Assembly (NCBI GenBank): GCA_963667035.1
Contig: OY762964.1
Coordinates: forward strand, 512,001 to 576,000
Direction: 5' to 3'
Length of the DNA: 64,000 nt
Source of the DNA: Candidatus Cloacimonadales bacterium
GTDB taxonomy: Bacteria > Cloacimonadota > Cloacimonadia > Cloacimonadales > JAFGVF01
Notes under the pieces: model-generated
Databases searched by the model: none
What the model saw: only the letters and a program-made list of their open reading frames with translations
What the model was told of the DNA's origin: nothing
Part shown: one piece after another, positions 39,912-49,836 of the stretch
How the letters are laid out: each line of letters starts with the position of its first letter
Numbering within the stretch: the first letter of the stretch is position 1
Made by a program: the position numbers and the translations under genes

Positions 39912-42900
39912 ATGATACGTAGAGGATTTCTGTTATTATTTACGCTTTCAATTATGATGTTATTGGAAGCTAGTGAAATGAAAGAAGGTGCTTTAAGAGC
40001 ATTTAGAACCGAAGAAATGGGAAAAGATTATATTGAAATGACCTTTTCCCTTCCTGATTATAGCATTGATACTATCAGCAAAGATGGCAAAGAATTTAAG
40101 AAGCTAAACTTCGAAAATGCTTCTTATTTTTTAGATGAAGGTAAACCGGAGTTACCTTACTTTTCATCATTAATAGCAACTCCACAAGGAAGTTTAATAA
40201 AATCAATAGAAGTGCTATCTTTTGATACCAAAAAGTATGAGGATTTTAGGATTTATCCTGCACAAGATTACTCAAAACCGGACGAACATGTTTTTCATTT
40301 TGATTCAGAATACTACCAAAGTGATAAGATTTATCCTTACTCTGAAACAAGTATAGGTAATTCAGGAGTACTCAGAGATTTTTATTTGTGTAATTACTCA
40401 ATTGCACCATGTTTCTATAATCCATCAGATAACTCTCTGGAAGTCAGGGACAATATTAGAGTCAGGATACATCTTACTAATATTGAAAATTCTTATAATG
40501 AATGCAACAAGTATTCTATAGCCTTTAAAGATATATATGAGTGCTATATAGATAACTTTGATGCTATTAGAAATAATTTTGAAGAGACTAAGTTTAAACG
40601 AATACTTATTATTTACAGACAAAATAATGATACCATCTTCCATGCTAAACTAAGTGAGTTCATTAACTGGAAGATACAGCGAGGTTATATTGTTGATACG
40701 TTTGATACGAGTGAAACAGGAACAAGTACTTCCGGTATTAAGAATTTCATCCAATCAAGATATGATGATACAGTTAACAGACCTGATTATCTAATCATAG
40801 TTGGAGATGTTAGTGGAACCTTTGGTATACCGACCTTTATTGAGGACTTATCGAATTATTCAGGTAGTGGGGATCATCCTTATACACATCTTGCAGGAAA
40901 TGACACTTTAGGTGACATGTTTATAGGTAGAATGAGTATAGAAAACACCAACCATTTTTTAACACTTGTTAACAAAGTTTTCTATTATGAAAGAGATATG
41001 CCTCTTAATATAACAGACTGGTACGATAAAATGTTATTAGTTGGAGATACTGACCCGTCTGGTCAGTCATGTGTCTATGTGAACAAATACATCAAAGCCA
41101 TTGCTCATCGTATTAATCCTGATTATAGTTTTACGGAATTATACTCTGACTCACCTTCCATTTCACTAATGAATCAATCTTTATCTCAAGGAGTAGGTAT
41201 ATTTAACTACAGGGGATTCATTGGAATGAGCAATTGGACTCCTTCTGCCTCAAATCTGAATAATGGTGATAGATTATGTCATAGTACAATACTAACTTGC
41301 TCGACAGGAACTTTTGAATCCAATTCTACAACAGAAGAATTTATCAGATTAGGTTCTCCAACTTTGCCCAAAGGAGCTTTAACAGCGATTGGAATGTCTA
41401 CTCCGGGTACTCATACTTTGTTTAATAATGCTTTGGCAACAGGAATATGGAATGGAATCTTGAATTATGATATGAGAGATTTGGGACAGGGATTGTTGGC
41501 TGGAGAGTTAAACTTATATAACCAATATAACAGCCGCTATCAAGATGCTGTAGAATATTTTAACCATTGGTGTAATCTAATGGGTGATCCTACTGTAACA
41601 ATGTATCTTGGAGTTCCAAAACAGTTTTATGTAGATATCGCTACTACAATTCCTATGGGGACCAGAATTGTTCCCGTTGAAGTACTTGATGAAGACTGGA
41701 ATCCTTCAATCGGAGCTATAGTTACAGCTTTCCAACCTCAGGGAATTCATGAGATGGTAAGAACAAATGAATATGGAATGGCGTATATTGAGTTACCTGA
41801 AGGTGTTCAAGGGAATATTACAGTTACAGTTACAAAAGATGATTATAAATCTAATATCAATACAATTACTGTAGATGGTACCGGAGGAATAGTATATTCG
41901 GATTATGTGCTAATTGATACGGAAGGAAACAATGACGGAAATGCAAATGCCGGGGAAACAGTTGAACTAAATGTTTCTCTGACAAATAATTCTAATTCTG
42001 ATATTGATAGCATTAATGCCACACTTTTGGCATTATCTGATTATGTAACAGTGAATCAGAGCACAGTTTCTTACGGATTGATTTCTCCAAGTAATAATTC
42101 AACAGGTAATGGATTGTTTAGTGTCTCAATAGCTCCAAATTGCCCTGATACTTTTAAGGCAATAATGAGACTACATATTGAGACTTCTACAGGAAGCAGC
42201 TACTCATTTTTTGAACTACCGATTCATAATGGTAACTTAGAAATTTCTGACATAGATATTAATGATTATGCCAATGGAATACTTGATCAGGGAGAGACCT
42301 CGGAGTTATATATTAGTTTGATTAACAACGGTACGACAGATTTAACTAACATTAGTTTAGAATTAGTAAGTCTGAATGCATCTGTTGTTGTAGAAGATAG
42401 TTTGGTTGAATTAGGGAATATCAGTGTAAATGATACTGAAGTTAATACCTCCGATCCATTTATAATAAGAACTCGGACTAACGTACTTCCGGGTATGACT
42501 ATTCCTATGAATATCATCTGTTCTAACCAAGATGGATATGAAGAGATGATTAGGTTCAACTTAGAGATTGGGCAGATTAGTGATGAAGACCCCTTTGGAC
42601 CTGACGATTATGGCTACTTTATTTATCATAGCTCAGATGATTCATATCACGATTGTCCTGAATACAATTGGATTGAGATTGCACCGGACGAAGGTGGGCA
42701 AGGTACGGAATTGAATCTATACGACCCGGGTAGTTGGTCAGAGGGAGATGTAGTAGAGGCTAATGCTATTACCCAAACTACACTACCTTTTGAATTTTCA
42801 TTCTATGGGCAAACTTATGATACAATTTGGATTTGTTCGAATGGATTTGTATCTTTTCTAGAAACTGAATGTGCTGATTGGAGAAACAATGAAATATTTG

Positions 42901-45329
42901 GAGCGATGACACAGAATGCTCTTATTGCACCATTCTGGGATGACTTGGATTTAGATTCAAATGCTTCTGTATCGACTTACTATAACAATGAGGAGCAATA
43001 TTTCGTTATAGAATGGAATGAGATGTCTCATGGAGTGACAGGTGCAACAGAGACTTTTGAGATTGTTCTCTACAGTCAGGATTATTATCCTACTTCCATA
43101 GGTGATGGGATGATTAAGATTCAATATAAAACTTTCAATAATAATGATTATGGATCTGAACATACAGGAGGAAACTTCAGCACAATTGGTATTAGAGATC
43201 ATACTGGTAAGATGGGGCTTCAATATAGTTTTAACAATGAATATCTAACAGGGGCGAATGAGATTAATTCTGGTGATGCTTTGTTAGTTACCGGCTCTCC
43301 TATATTCTTAGAGGAGTCATTCCTAGTCTTAGGTTATCCTGTTATTCATGATTCAAATGATAACCATGTAATTGAACCGGGAGAAAGTGTTAATCTTGGA
43401 ATAAACCTAGTCAATATTGGAGCAGGAGTTGCCGAGGGAGTAACTATCAGTGTCTCATCTGAAAGTCCTTATGTCTCAATAAGTAATCATCAGTCAACTT
43501 ATGACTCCATTCCAGGTGAAGGTAGTATGTTTGGAAACGAGTTCATTAGTCTGAATATTGCTGATAATACTCCTGACAACCATGAGATTGCTTTAAATGT
43601 TGATATCGAGACTCTCAATAATGGATGGGTAAGAGTTCAAACTCTTAATGTTGTCTCAAATAAGTTAATATATAAAAATGCAAGTATTAATGATCAGGTT
43701 AATGGTAATGGTGATAAAATAGTACAAGCTGGTGAAGACATTTTTCTCTGTGTAAACCTAGAAAATCCTGAAGTAGTTAAGACAACAGGCATTCAAGTTG
43801 GATTAAATTGCTCATATCCGGGAGTCGAGATACCAAATAATCTGCAATTAATAGGTGATGCTGATGCTAACAGCACGATACAGACATATTTTGAAATCAG
43901 CATTCCTGAAGGAATTGCAGATCTGACATATATATCCTTTGAAATAACATATTCTGCAAATGGTGTTAATCAATCCACAGCAAATCTTACTATTGGAATT
44001 GGTTTGGCTGATTTCGATTTTAACTTTGAGAATTCTAATGGTGGTTTGATATCTCAGGGTGGCTGGCAATGGGGTTATGATACTTTAATGGGTTCACATT
44101 CAGGGCTTAGAGTCTGGGGAACTTATTTGAGTGGTAATTATCCTGATAACAATGAGACAACGTTAACAACTCCTGTTATACCGCTAAGTGATAATGCTCA
44201 GTTACGTTTCTGGCATAAATACCAGTATGATAATCATTATGATGGTGGTAATGTTAAAGTATCCACAGATATGGGTAATAGTTGGGTGTTGATTTATCCT
44301 GAGACTGGTTATGATGATGCTGTGATTTTCGCTTTAAATGACCAATCAGGTTTTACAGGTAGCAATGGGGTGTGGACTGAAGTTGTCTTTGACCTTTCGA
44401 GTTATGCAAATACTTGTGTTCAGATTAGATGGACTTCAGCTAGTGATTATTATGTTAATGATTATGGTTGGTATATTGATGACTTAGTGATCGAAGGATA
44501 TACCGGAGGCTCCGGATATATTACCGGTAATGTAATTTTAGATGGGGAAGAGGATGTAACTAAAGTAAACATCTCAAATGGAGAAGTAGTTACTCATCCC
44601 GATAACTCAGGCTCTTACTATCTTTTCCAAAAAGAAGGAGGTTATAACATTCACGCATTTACTCCACATTATTCAGAAGGGTATGTGAACAGACTTCTTT
44701 TAAGTACAGTTAATCCGAGTTATTCTGATATTGATTTCTCATTGTTAAGACTAAATGAACCAAACAATTTAAATTGCGTGCAGAACCGTACTGATTTGTT
44801 ACTTAGTTGGCAAGCACCCGAATATGAAGGATTAACTCTGAATAGCTATAATATATACAGAAGTATTGATTCCGAACCTTTTGCATTAATTGGTAACACA
44901 ACAGATACTGCTTATACAGATATACTCAGCTATGCTGGTCAGTATAACTATTATGTTGCAGCCTCGTATGAAGAAGGAGAGAGTTTTGATTCTGATTTAT
45001 TCTCAATAGTCCCGGATATGACAGATGTAGAGTCTAATACTGTGATAGCAACATGCACTCAGCTTGTGGGTAATTATCCTAATCCATTTAATCCGACTAC
45101 TTCTTTGATGTTTTCATTAAAAGAAAATGAAAGAGTCACTATAAAGGTATATAACATTAAAGGACAATTGGTTAATACTATATGCGATGATGTTATGGAA
45201 GCCGGAAATCACCGTATTGTATGGAACGGTAATGATGAACGTGGTAAAATGGTTTCTACTGGTGTGTATCTTTTTAGAATGAAGACAGATAATTATACCG
45301 GAACACTTAAATCAATTATGATAAAATAG
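39912..45329 (+). CDS. Gingipain-like peptidase C25 family protein with propeptide, Ig/adhesin domains and T9SS-like CTD
   Basis: GKPELP propeptide, WKIQRG, YLIIVGD, GDHPY, IGRMS, NLMGDP; C-terminal NYPNPFNP...STGVYLFRM. Confidence 0.88.
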   Translation: MIRRGFLLLFTLSIMMLLEASEMKEGALRAFRTEEMGKDYIEMTFSLPDYSIDTISKDGKEFKKLNFENASYFLDEGKPELPYFSSLIATPQGSLIKSIEVLSFDTKKYEDFRIYPAQDYSKPDEHVFHFDSEYYQSDKIYPYSETSIGNSGVLRDFYLCNYSIAPCFYNPSDNSLEVRDNIRVRIHLTNIENSYNECNKYSIAFKDIYECYIDNFDAIRNNFEETKFKRILIIYRQNNDTIFHAKLSEFINWKIQRGYIVDTFDTSETGTSTSGIKNFIQSRYDDTVNRPDYLIIVGDVSGTFGIPTFIEDLSNYSGSGDHPYTHLAGNDTLGDMFIGRMSIENTNHFLTLVNKVFYYERDMPLNITDWYDKMLLVGDTDPSGQSCVYVNKYIKAIAHRINPDYSFTELYSDSPSISLMNQSLSQGVGIFNYRGFIGMSNWTPSASNLNNGDRLCHSTILTCSTGTFESNSTTEEFIRLGSPTLPKGALTAIGMSTPGTHTLFNNALATGIWNGILNYDMRDLGQGLLAGELNLYNQYNSRYQDAVEYFNHWCNLMGDPTVTMYLGVPKQFYVDIATTIPMGTRIVPVEVLDEDWNPSIGAIVTAFQPQGIHEMVRTNEYGMAYIELPEGVQGNITVTVTKDDYKSNINTITVDGTGGIVYSDYVLIDTEGNNDGNANAGETVELNVSLTNNSNSDIDSINATLLALSDYVTVNQSTVSYGLISPSNNSTGNGLFSVSIAPNCPDTFKAIMRLHIETSTGSSYSFFELPIHNGNLEISDIDINDYANGILDQGETSELYISLINNGTTDLTNISLELVSLNASVVVEDSLVELGNISVNDTEVNTSDPFIIRTRTNVLPGMTIPMNIICSNQDGYEEMIRFNLEIGQISDEDPFGPDDYGYFIYHSSDDSYHDCPEYNWIEIAPDEGGQGTELNLYDPGSWSEGDVVEANAITQTTLPFEFSFYGQTYDTIWICSNGFVSFLETECADWRNNEIFGAMTQNALIAPFWDDLDLDSNASVSTYYNNEEQYFVIEWNEMSHGVTGATETFEIVLYSQDYYPTSIGDGMIKIQYKTFNNNDYGSEHTGGNFSTIGIRDHTGKMGLQYSFNNEYLTGANEINSGDALLVTGSPIFLEESFLVLGYPVIHDSNDNHVIEPGESVNLGINLVNIGAGVAEGVTISVSSESPYVSISNHQSTYDSIPGEGSMFGNEFISLNIADNTPDNHEIALNVDIETLNNGWVRVQTLNVVSNKLIYKNASINDQVNGNGDKIVQAGEDIFLCVNLENPEVVKTTGIQVGLNCSYPGVEIPNNLQLIGDADANSTIQTYFEISIPEGIADLTYISFEITYSANGVNQSTANLTIGIGLADFDFNFENSNGGLISQGGWQWGYDTLMGSHSGLRVWGTYLSGNYPDNNETTLTTPVIPLSDNAQLRFWHKYQYDNHYDGGNVKVSTDMGNSWVLIYPETGYDDAVIFALNDQSGFTGSNGVWTEVVFDLSSYANTCVQIRWTSASDYYVNDYGWYIDDLVIEGYTGGSGYITGNVILDGEEDVTKVNISNGEVVTHPDNSGSYYLFQKEGGYNIHAFTPHYSEGYVNRLLLSTVNPSYSDIDFSLLRLNEPNNLNCVQNRTDLLLSWQAPEYEGLTLNSYNIYRSIDSEPFALIGNTTDTAYTDILSYAGQYNYYVAASYEEGESFDSDLFSIVPDMTDVESNTVIATCTQLVGNYPNPFNPTTSLMFSLKENERVTIKVYNIKGQLVNTICDDVMEAGNHRIVWNGNDERGKMVSTGVYLFRMKTDNYTGTLKSIMIK

Positions 45330-45342
45330 GTTTTATGAAACT

Positions 45343-45376
45343 TACTAACGCCCTTTTAATTAAAAGGGCGTTAGTA
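45343..45376. terminator. Perfect 34-bp palindrome terminating the C25 gene
   Basis: TACTAACGCCCTTTTAA-TTAAAAGGGCGTTAGTA. Confidence 0.75.
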
Positions 45377-45532
45377 CTTTATTATACCTGTGAATACTAT
45401 GAGTTATATTCATCAGTGTAACTGCTTACAACATAAATAAATAAAAATAAGTTGACCTGACATAAACAACATCTAATGTTTGTAAGGTATACATTAGTTA
45501 GAATATAAAATAAACAGATAAATGGTGGCATT

Positions 45533-45634
45533 ATGTTAATTAATCATTTCAAGAATAAGCGTCGCAATATTAAAGCTTATCTACAATTTCGACAAAAGTA
45601 TCTGTGGAGGATATATATGTCAGAGGGTGGTTAG
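45533..45634 (+). CDS. Putative small basic protein, 33 aa (MLINHFKNKRRNIKAYLQFRQKYLWRIYMSEGG)
   Basis: GGTGG upstream, candidate promoter 45452-45479, plus-strand terminator overlapping the stop codon. Confidence 0.4.
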   Translation: MLINHFKNKRRNIKAYLQFRQKYLWRIYMSEGG

Positions 45635-45654
45635 TATAACCACCCTTCTTTTTT
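45623..45654 (+). terminator. Intrinsic terminator with plus-strand polarity
   Basis: GAGGGTGGTTA-gta-TAACCACCCTT followed by CTTTTTT. Confidence 0.75.
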
Positions 45655-46120
45655 ATCCAAGTTGTTTCGCTATTTTCAGAATTCTTTCGGCATGACCTTT
45701 CGCTTTCACATTATAAAAGCATTCTTCAATCTTACCTTCGGGATTTACAATGAAAGTACTTCTGATAACTCCCGTCAGTTTTTTCCCATACATCATTTTA
45801 TCTCCCCAGGTTTCAAAGATTCTGTGCATCTCAAGTTTCGGGTCACTCAGTAGCGTGAAAGATAGCCCTTGCTTGCTTTTAAAGCTTTGGTGGCTTTTTA
45901 CGGAATCTTTACTGACTCCGATAATTTCGAAACCAATCTCTTTAAACTTATCCTGTAAGCATGTAAAATCTTTTGCCTCCAAAGTACATCCTGGAGTATT
46001 ATCTTTAGGATAGAAATAAAGTATCGTCCATTGTCCAACTATATCATCTTTAGTTATTGTATTTCCTGACTCATCAATTGCACTAAATTCAGGTAAATCG
46101 GAACCTTTGTTTAATTTCAT
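45653..46120 (-). CDS. bcp: Thioredoxin-dependent peroxiredoxin Bcp
   Basis: YFYPKDNTPGCTLEA, GVSKD, LLSD, RSTF. Confidence 0.93.
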   Translation of the reverse strand: MKLNKGSDLPEFSAIDESGNTITKDDIVGQWTILYFYPKDNTPGCTLEAKDFTCLQDKFKEIGFEIIGVSKDSVKSHQSFKSKQGLSFTLLSDPKLEMHRIFETWGDKMMYGKKLTGVIRSTFIVNPEGKIEECFYNVKAKGHAERILKIAKQLG

Positions 46121-46150
46121 GTTACCTCCAATAAATATAGTTTATTGTCT

Positions 46151-46181
46151 AAAACAAAAAAGGCTACAATTAATGTAGCCT
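46151..46181 (-). terminator. Terminator of the C10 peptidase gene
   Basis: AGGCTACA/TGTAGCCT stem with an A run on the left (U run on the minus strand). Confidence 0.7.
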
Positions 46182-46204
46182 AAATCTATTATTGATCTAA
46201 ATAT

Positions 46205-48943
46205 TTATTTCATTAACAAGGTTTTTCTAACTTTTGATTGTCCCTGAGATTCTAACTTAAAGAAGTAAACTCCTGAACTTAAAGTGTTTCCGTTATTATC
46301 ATCACCATTCCAAATAACAGTGTGTTCTCCTTGAGTCATGCTATTATTAACCAGTGTATTGACTTTTCTTCCTCTTATATCATACACTGATAGATTAGCA
46401 AGTCCGTTCTCCGGAATACTGAATGCTATGTTAGTTGTAGGATTAAATGGATTAGGATAATTACTAAGCATCATCTTGCTATTAACAACTTGATGCTGTT
46501 CTCCATTTGCAGTAGGAGCTCCAAGAACTGATGTTATCATTAAATTTCCTGAAGCATATTCTTGCCAATCCGATGTATTGGTCTCTTTAACCAAGGTATT
46601 ACCGGATTGCTCAGTATCTACACCAATAGCAGAACTATTTACTGTATAAATCACACCTATAAAGTAGTTATTGCTAATCTCCAAGTTTTCAGAAGTCAAA
46701 TCAATAGTGTGCCATCCTTCAGTAATATTTTTTCTGTAAACTTGCTGAGACAGCATACTGTCGGGCTCTCCATTAACCTCGTCATATACTCTTAGAACTA
46801 TAGGATTAGTATCAGCGGTTTGTATATAGAATCTTATATAGTCTATATTAGCTGATTCATTATTTGAGAATTTTACTACTGCAATACCACCGGGGTTATA
46901 TAGAATTCCGTCTTCTGCAGTGTCATTGACATATCCAAAATTAGTGTATTCATTACCAAAAACAAAAGCTTCGGTTTCTTGAGTTGGTTCTGATTCTCCG
47001 TCTAAATATCCTGCTGTTACTGTATAGTGATGCAATCCTGGTTCAGGATTAGAATCAGTATATGATAAAATATAACGATCATAGATTGTATCTATAACTT
47101 GTCCATTATCCAAGATGTTATAACCAAGTAACGAAGAATTGCTTATCCCGGGATGGTTCCAATTAATAGTAACCGCTTCTTCTTCATTGATTATTGAGTT
47201 TATGTTAATGGCAGGATAAACAGTAATATTACTATTAAAAAAGTTAAATACATTATGAATGAATTGATTCTTGGCGGATAAATCAGTCAAACGACTTAGG
47301 GAATATGACATCACAACGCTTCTTTGTCCGTTGTCTCCTATATTCTGAACAGCAACGACACCATAGTCACTTTCAGAAAAGACAGGTTTACCGTTACCTG
47401 GTTCATAATAATCTATTGTTTCAAGATTTGTTTGGTATGTATCATTGAAAGAAAGATGCATACCTACAGAAAAGGGATAGCCTTGTAAATTATCTATATC
47501 GTTGTATGTCCCGTTATTAACCGATTCTATACCTAACAAATTTAATAAGGTAGTATTTGAATTCTGGTCAACTCCAAGTACATCTGCACCTTCAATATAT
47601 AGATTACCACCTTTCTGTAAATAATCTTTTACTGCTAATGCCATAGGATCTGTAAGCTCTGAATAACCGTCTTGCGAATTACCGAAGCTTAAGAAAACAG
47701 CATCATAACCATTTAAATTGTAAGGAAGCTCATAGGTGTTTTCTGCAACAAAACCTTGTGCATTTGCTTCGACATAAAAGTCGTTTCCACTGCAATCTGC
47801 AGAATTCATACCATTCCAAATTAGTAGTCCTTCATTTGGTGTATAATTCTCGGGGACTATACCTATTACTGCTGCTTGATTGTCATTAAAGACATAACCT
47901 GGGTTAATATTCGAAACTAAATAATATCCGTTACCACTGCCGGACCAACCGAAATCAATATGAAAATAATCATTTTCCCGATAGCCATCCATGACAAAAG
48001 CATGTCCACCATCATCACCTGATCCAGAATAATATATTACTCGAGCTTCATCAAGCTCTGATCTAAGCATATTACCCCATTGTGTTGGAGAATAGTAACT
48101 TTTTTCAACAAAAGTAGTTGAGTTAGCATAGCCGAAATAATCTTTCATAGCATCTGGAACATCCCGAGAAAAAGCTCCGGAAGCATCAGCTGAATACATC
48201 ATTTCAACTGAAACTCCACAATCATAAATCAATTTAGCTATCTGTTCATAATCAGAACCGATTTCTCTTGGCATTTGCCACCAATCATACTCAGAAGCAG
48301 AATAATTAACACTCAAATATCCATAACCAGTAGAATAGAAGCTATGAGTTCCTTCCCCGACTTCAGGATAATTCCAATATCTCATACATTGAGCCATTGC
48401 TGTTGCAACACAACCGGCAGCAACATGACCTCCGGACCCATCCGGATCTTCAGGGCATAGGGCATTATATGGCCAGGTTTGATGCCATCGACTTGGAAGA
48501 AGTGGAGCTACTGAACTATCTGTCCTTGAAAAAGTATTAGTATCTATGCTTTGCCATAAAGCTCTTGTCTCAGTTGAAGGAAGATCTTTTTCAATTACTT
48601 GATAAACTTCTTCACTATAGGTGTTTAACCAGTATTTGATTCCCGGGTTGTCGCTATCAAGAGTAAGGCTACCTTCATCGGACCAAGCCAATATGGGTTG
48701 GCATCTATCATCGGAAGTTGTTATAACAAATCCATCGTTTTTATAGTTAATTATGTAAAGAGCTAACATGCTCTTATTGTATACTTTGTGTACACTTTCA
48801 ATTGAAGATGTATCTTTTCTCATTGATGTTTGCAAATCCATCCATTTCCCGGCTACTGAAATTACTTTTGATTCAGGTACCGGGATTGCTCTTATAGTGC
48901 TGATTAACAACAATATAATCAGCAAACCGATTAATCTCTTCAT
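46205..48943 (-). CDS. Peptidase C10 (streptopain/interpain-like) with T9SS-like CTD
   Basis: Prodomain SDDRCQPILAWS; WHQTWPYN; AGCVATAMAQ catalytic Cys; GGHAFVMDGY; C-terminal NYPNPFNP...SGVYFFKL. Confidence 0.92.
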   Translation of the reverse strand: MKRLIGLLIILLLISTIRAIPVPESKVISVAGKWMDLQTSMRKDTSSIESVHKVYNKSMLALYIINYKNDGFVITTSDDRCQPILAWSDEGSLTLDSDNPGIKYWLNTYSEEVYQVIEKDLPSTETRALWQSIDTNTFSRTDSSVAPLLPSRWHQTWPYNALCPEDPDGSGGHVAAGCVATAMAQCMRYWNYPEVGEGTHSFYSTGYGYLSVNYSASEYDWWQMPREIGSDYEQIAKLIYDCGVSVEMMYSADASGAFSRDVPDAMKDYFGYANSTTFVEKSYYSPTQWGNMLRSELDEARVIYYSGSGDDGGHAFVMDGYRENDYFHIDFGWSGSGNGYYLVSNINPGYVFNDNQAAVIGIVPENYTPNEGLLIWNGMNSADCSGNDFYVEANAQGFVAENTYELPYNLNGYDAVFLSFGNSQDGYSELTDPMALAVKDYLQKGGNLYIEGADVLGVDQNSNTTLLNLLGIESVNNGTYNDIDNLQGYPFSVGMHLSFNDTYQTNLETIDYYEPGNGKPVFSESDYGVVAVQNIGDNGQRSVVMSYSLSRLTDLSAKNQFIHNVFNFFNSNITVYPAININSIINEEEAVTINWNHPGISNSSLLGYNILDNGQVIDTIYDRYILSYTDSNPEPGLHHYTVTAGYLDGESEPTQETEAFVFGNEYTNFGYVNDTAEDGILYNPGGIAVVKFSNNESANIDYIRFYIQTADTNPIVLRVYDEVNGEPDSMLSQQVYRKNITEGWHTIDLTSENLEISNNYFIGVIYTVNSSAIGVDTEQSGNTLVKETNTSDWQEYASGNLMITSVLGAPTANGEQHQVVNSKMMLSNYPNPFNPTTNIAFSIPENGLANLSVYDIRGRKVNTLVNNSMTQGEHTVIWNGDDNNGNTLSSGVYFFKLESQGQSKVRKTLLMK

Positions 48944-49078
48944 TCATCACCTCTCATTTTATTATCCAATTTCGTACAATCTTTATTTGTCATATTGCTA
49001 TTTTTAAGTAATTTTTCTTCCAAAGAGGACATAAAGTACTCACGATTAAGAAATAATTGTTAAAGGAGCATAAATAAT

Positions 49079-49576
49079 ATGGCAAAAATTACATTACAAG
49101 GCAATCCAATCAACACATTTTCCGATTTACCAAAAATAGGAAGCAAAGCACCTGAGTTTAAGCTTACTGCAGGTGATTTAAGCGACAAGGCACTAGACCA
49201 ATGGAAAGGAAAGAAGATTATTCTTAACATTTTCCCTAGTATAGATACATCCGTATGTGCAAATTCAGTTAGAAGATTCAATGCAGAGGCTTCTAGCCTT
49301 AAGAACACTGTTGTATTATGCATTTCTCGTGATCTCCCATTTGCACAAGCAAGATTCTGTGGAGCTGAAGGACTCGATAACGTTATTACTCTTTCCAGTA
49401 TGAAAGATGAGAGCTTTGGTAAGGAGTATGGTGTTAAGATTATAGACGGTCCAATGGAGTCTTTGTTAGCCAGGTCGGTTTTGATTGTTGACGAAGAAGG
49501 AAAAATCAAATATACACAGCTAGTACCTGAAATAGTAGAAGAACCTAATTATGAGGATGTGTTATCTAATCTTTAA
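49079..49576 (+). CDS. tpx: Thiol peroxidase
   Basis: FPSIDTSVC, ISRDLPFAQARFC, LLARSV, EPNYE. Confidence 0.96.
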   Translation: MAKITLQGNPINTFSDLPKIGSKAPEFKLTAGDLSDKALDQWKGKKIILNIFPSIDTSVCANSVRRFNAEASSLKNTVVLCISRDLPFAQARFCGAEGLDNVITLSSMKDESFGKEYGVKIIDGPMESLLARSVLIVDEEGKIKYTQLVPEIVEEPNYEDVLSNL

Positions 49577-49594
49577 AATAGAATTGTTTATGTT

Positions 49595-49628
49595 GAAGAA
49601 GATTGCTTTATGGCAATCTTCTTTTTTT
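49595..49628 (+). terminator. Intrinsic terminator after tpx
   Basis: AAGAAGATTGC/GCAATCTTCTT stem plus T run. Confidence 0.85.
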
Positions 49629-49836
49629 AATTATTCTAAAAAATTAAGTTTGCCAAAATATTAATTATTAAAATTGACTGTTATTTATGCAATGGGTACA
49701 TGCCTGAGATGTATCTGTTATAAAGGAATAAGAGCTTTTACAAAACAAAAGGATGTATTAATTAATTGACATTTAACCTATGAGATACTTTAGTGATAAT
49801 GTTAGTATTTTGCTATAGAAAGAAATTGAGGAGTAC

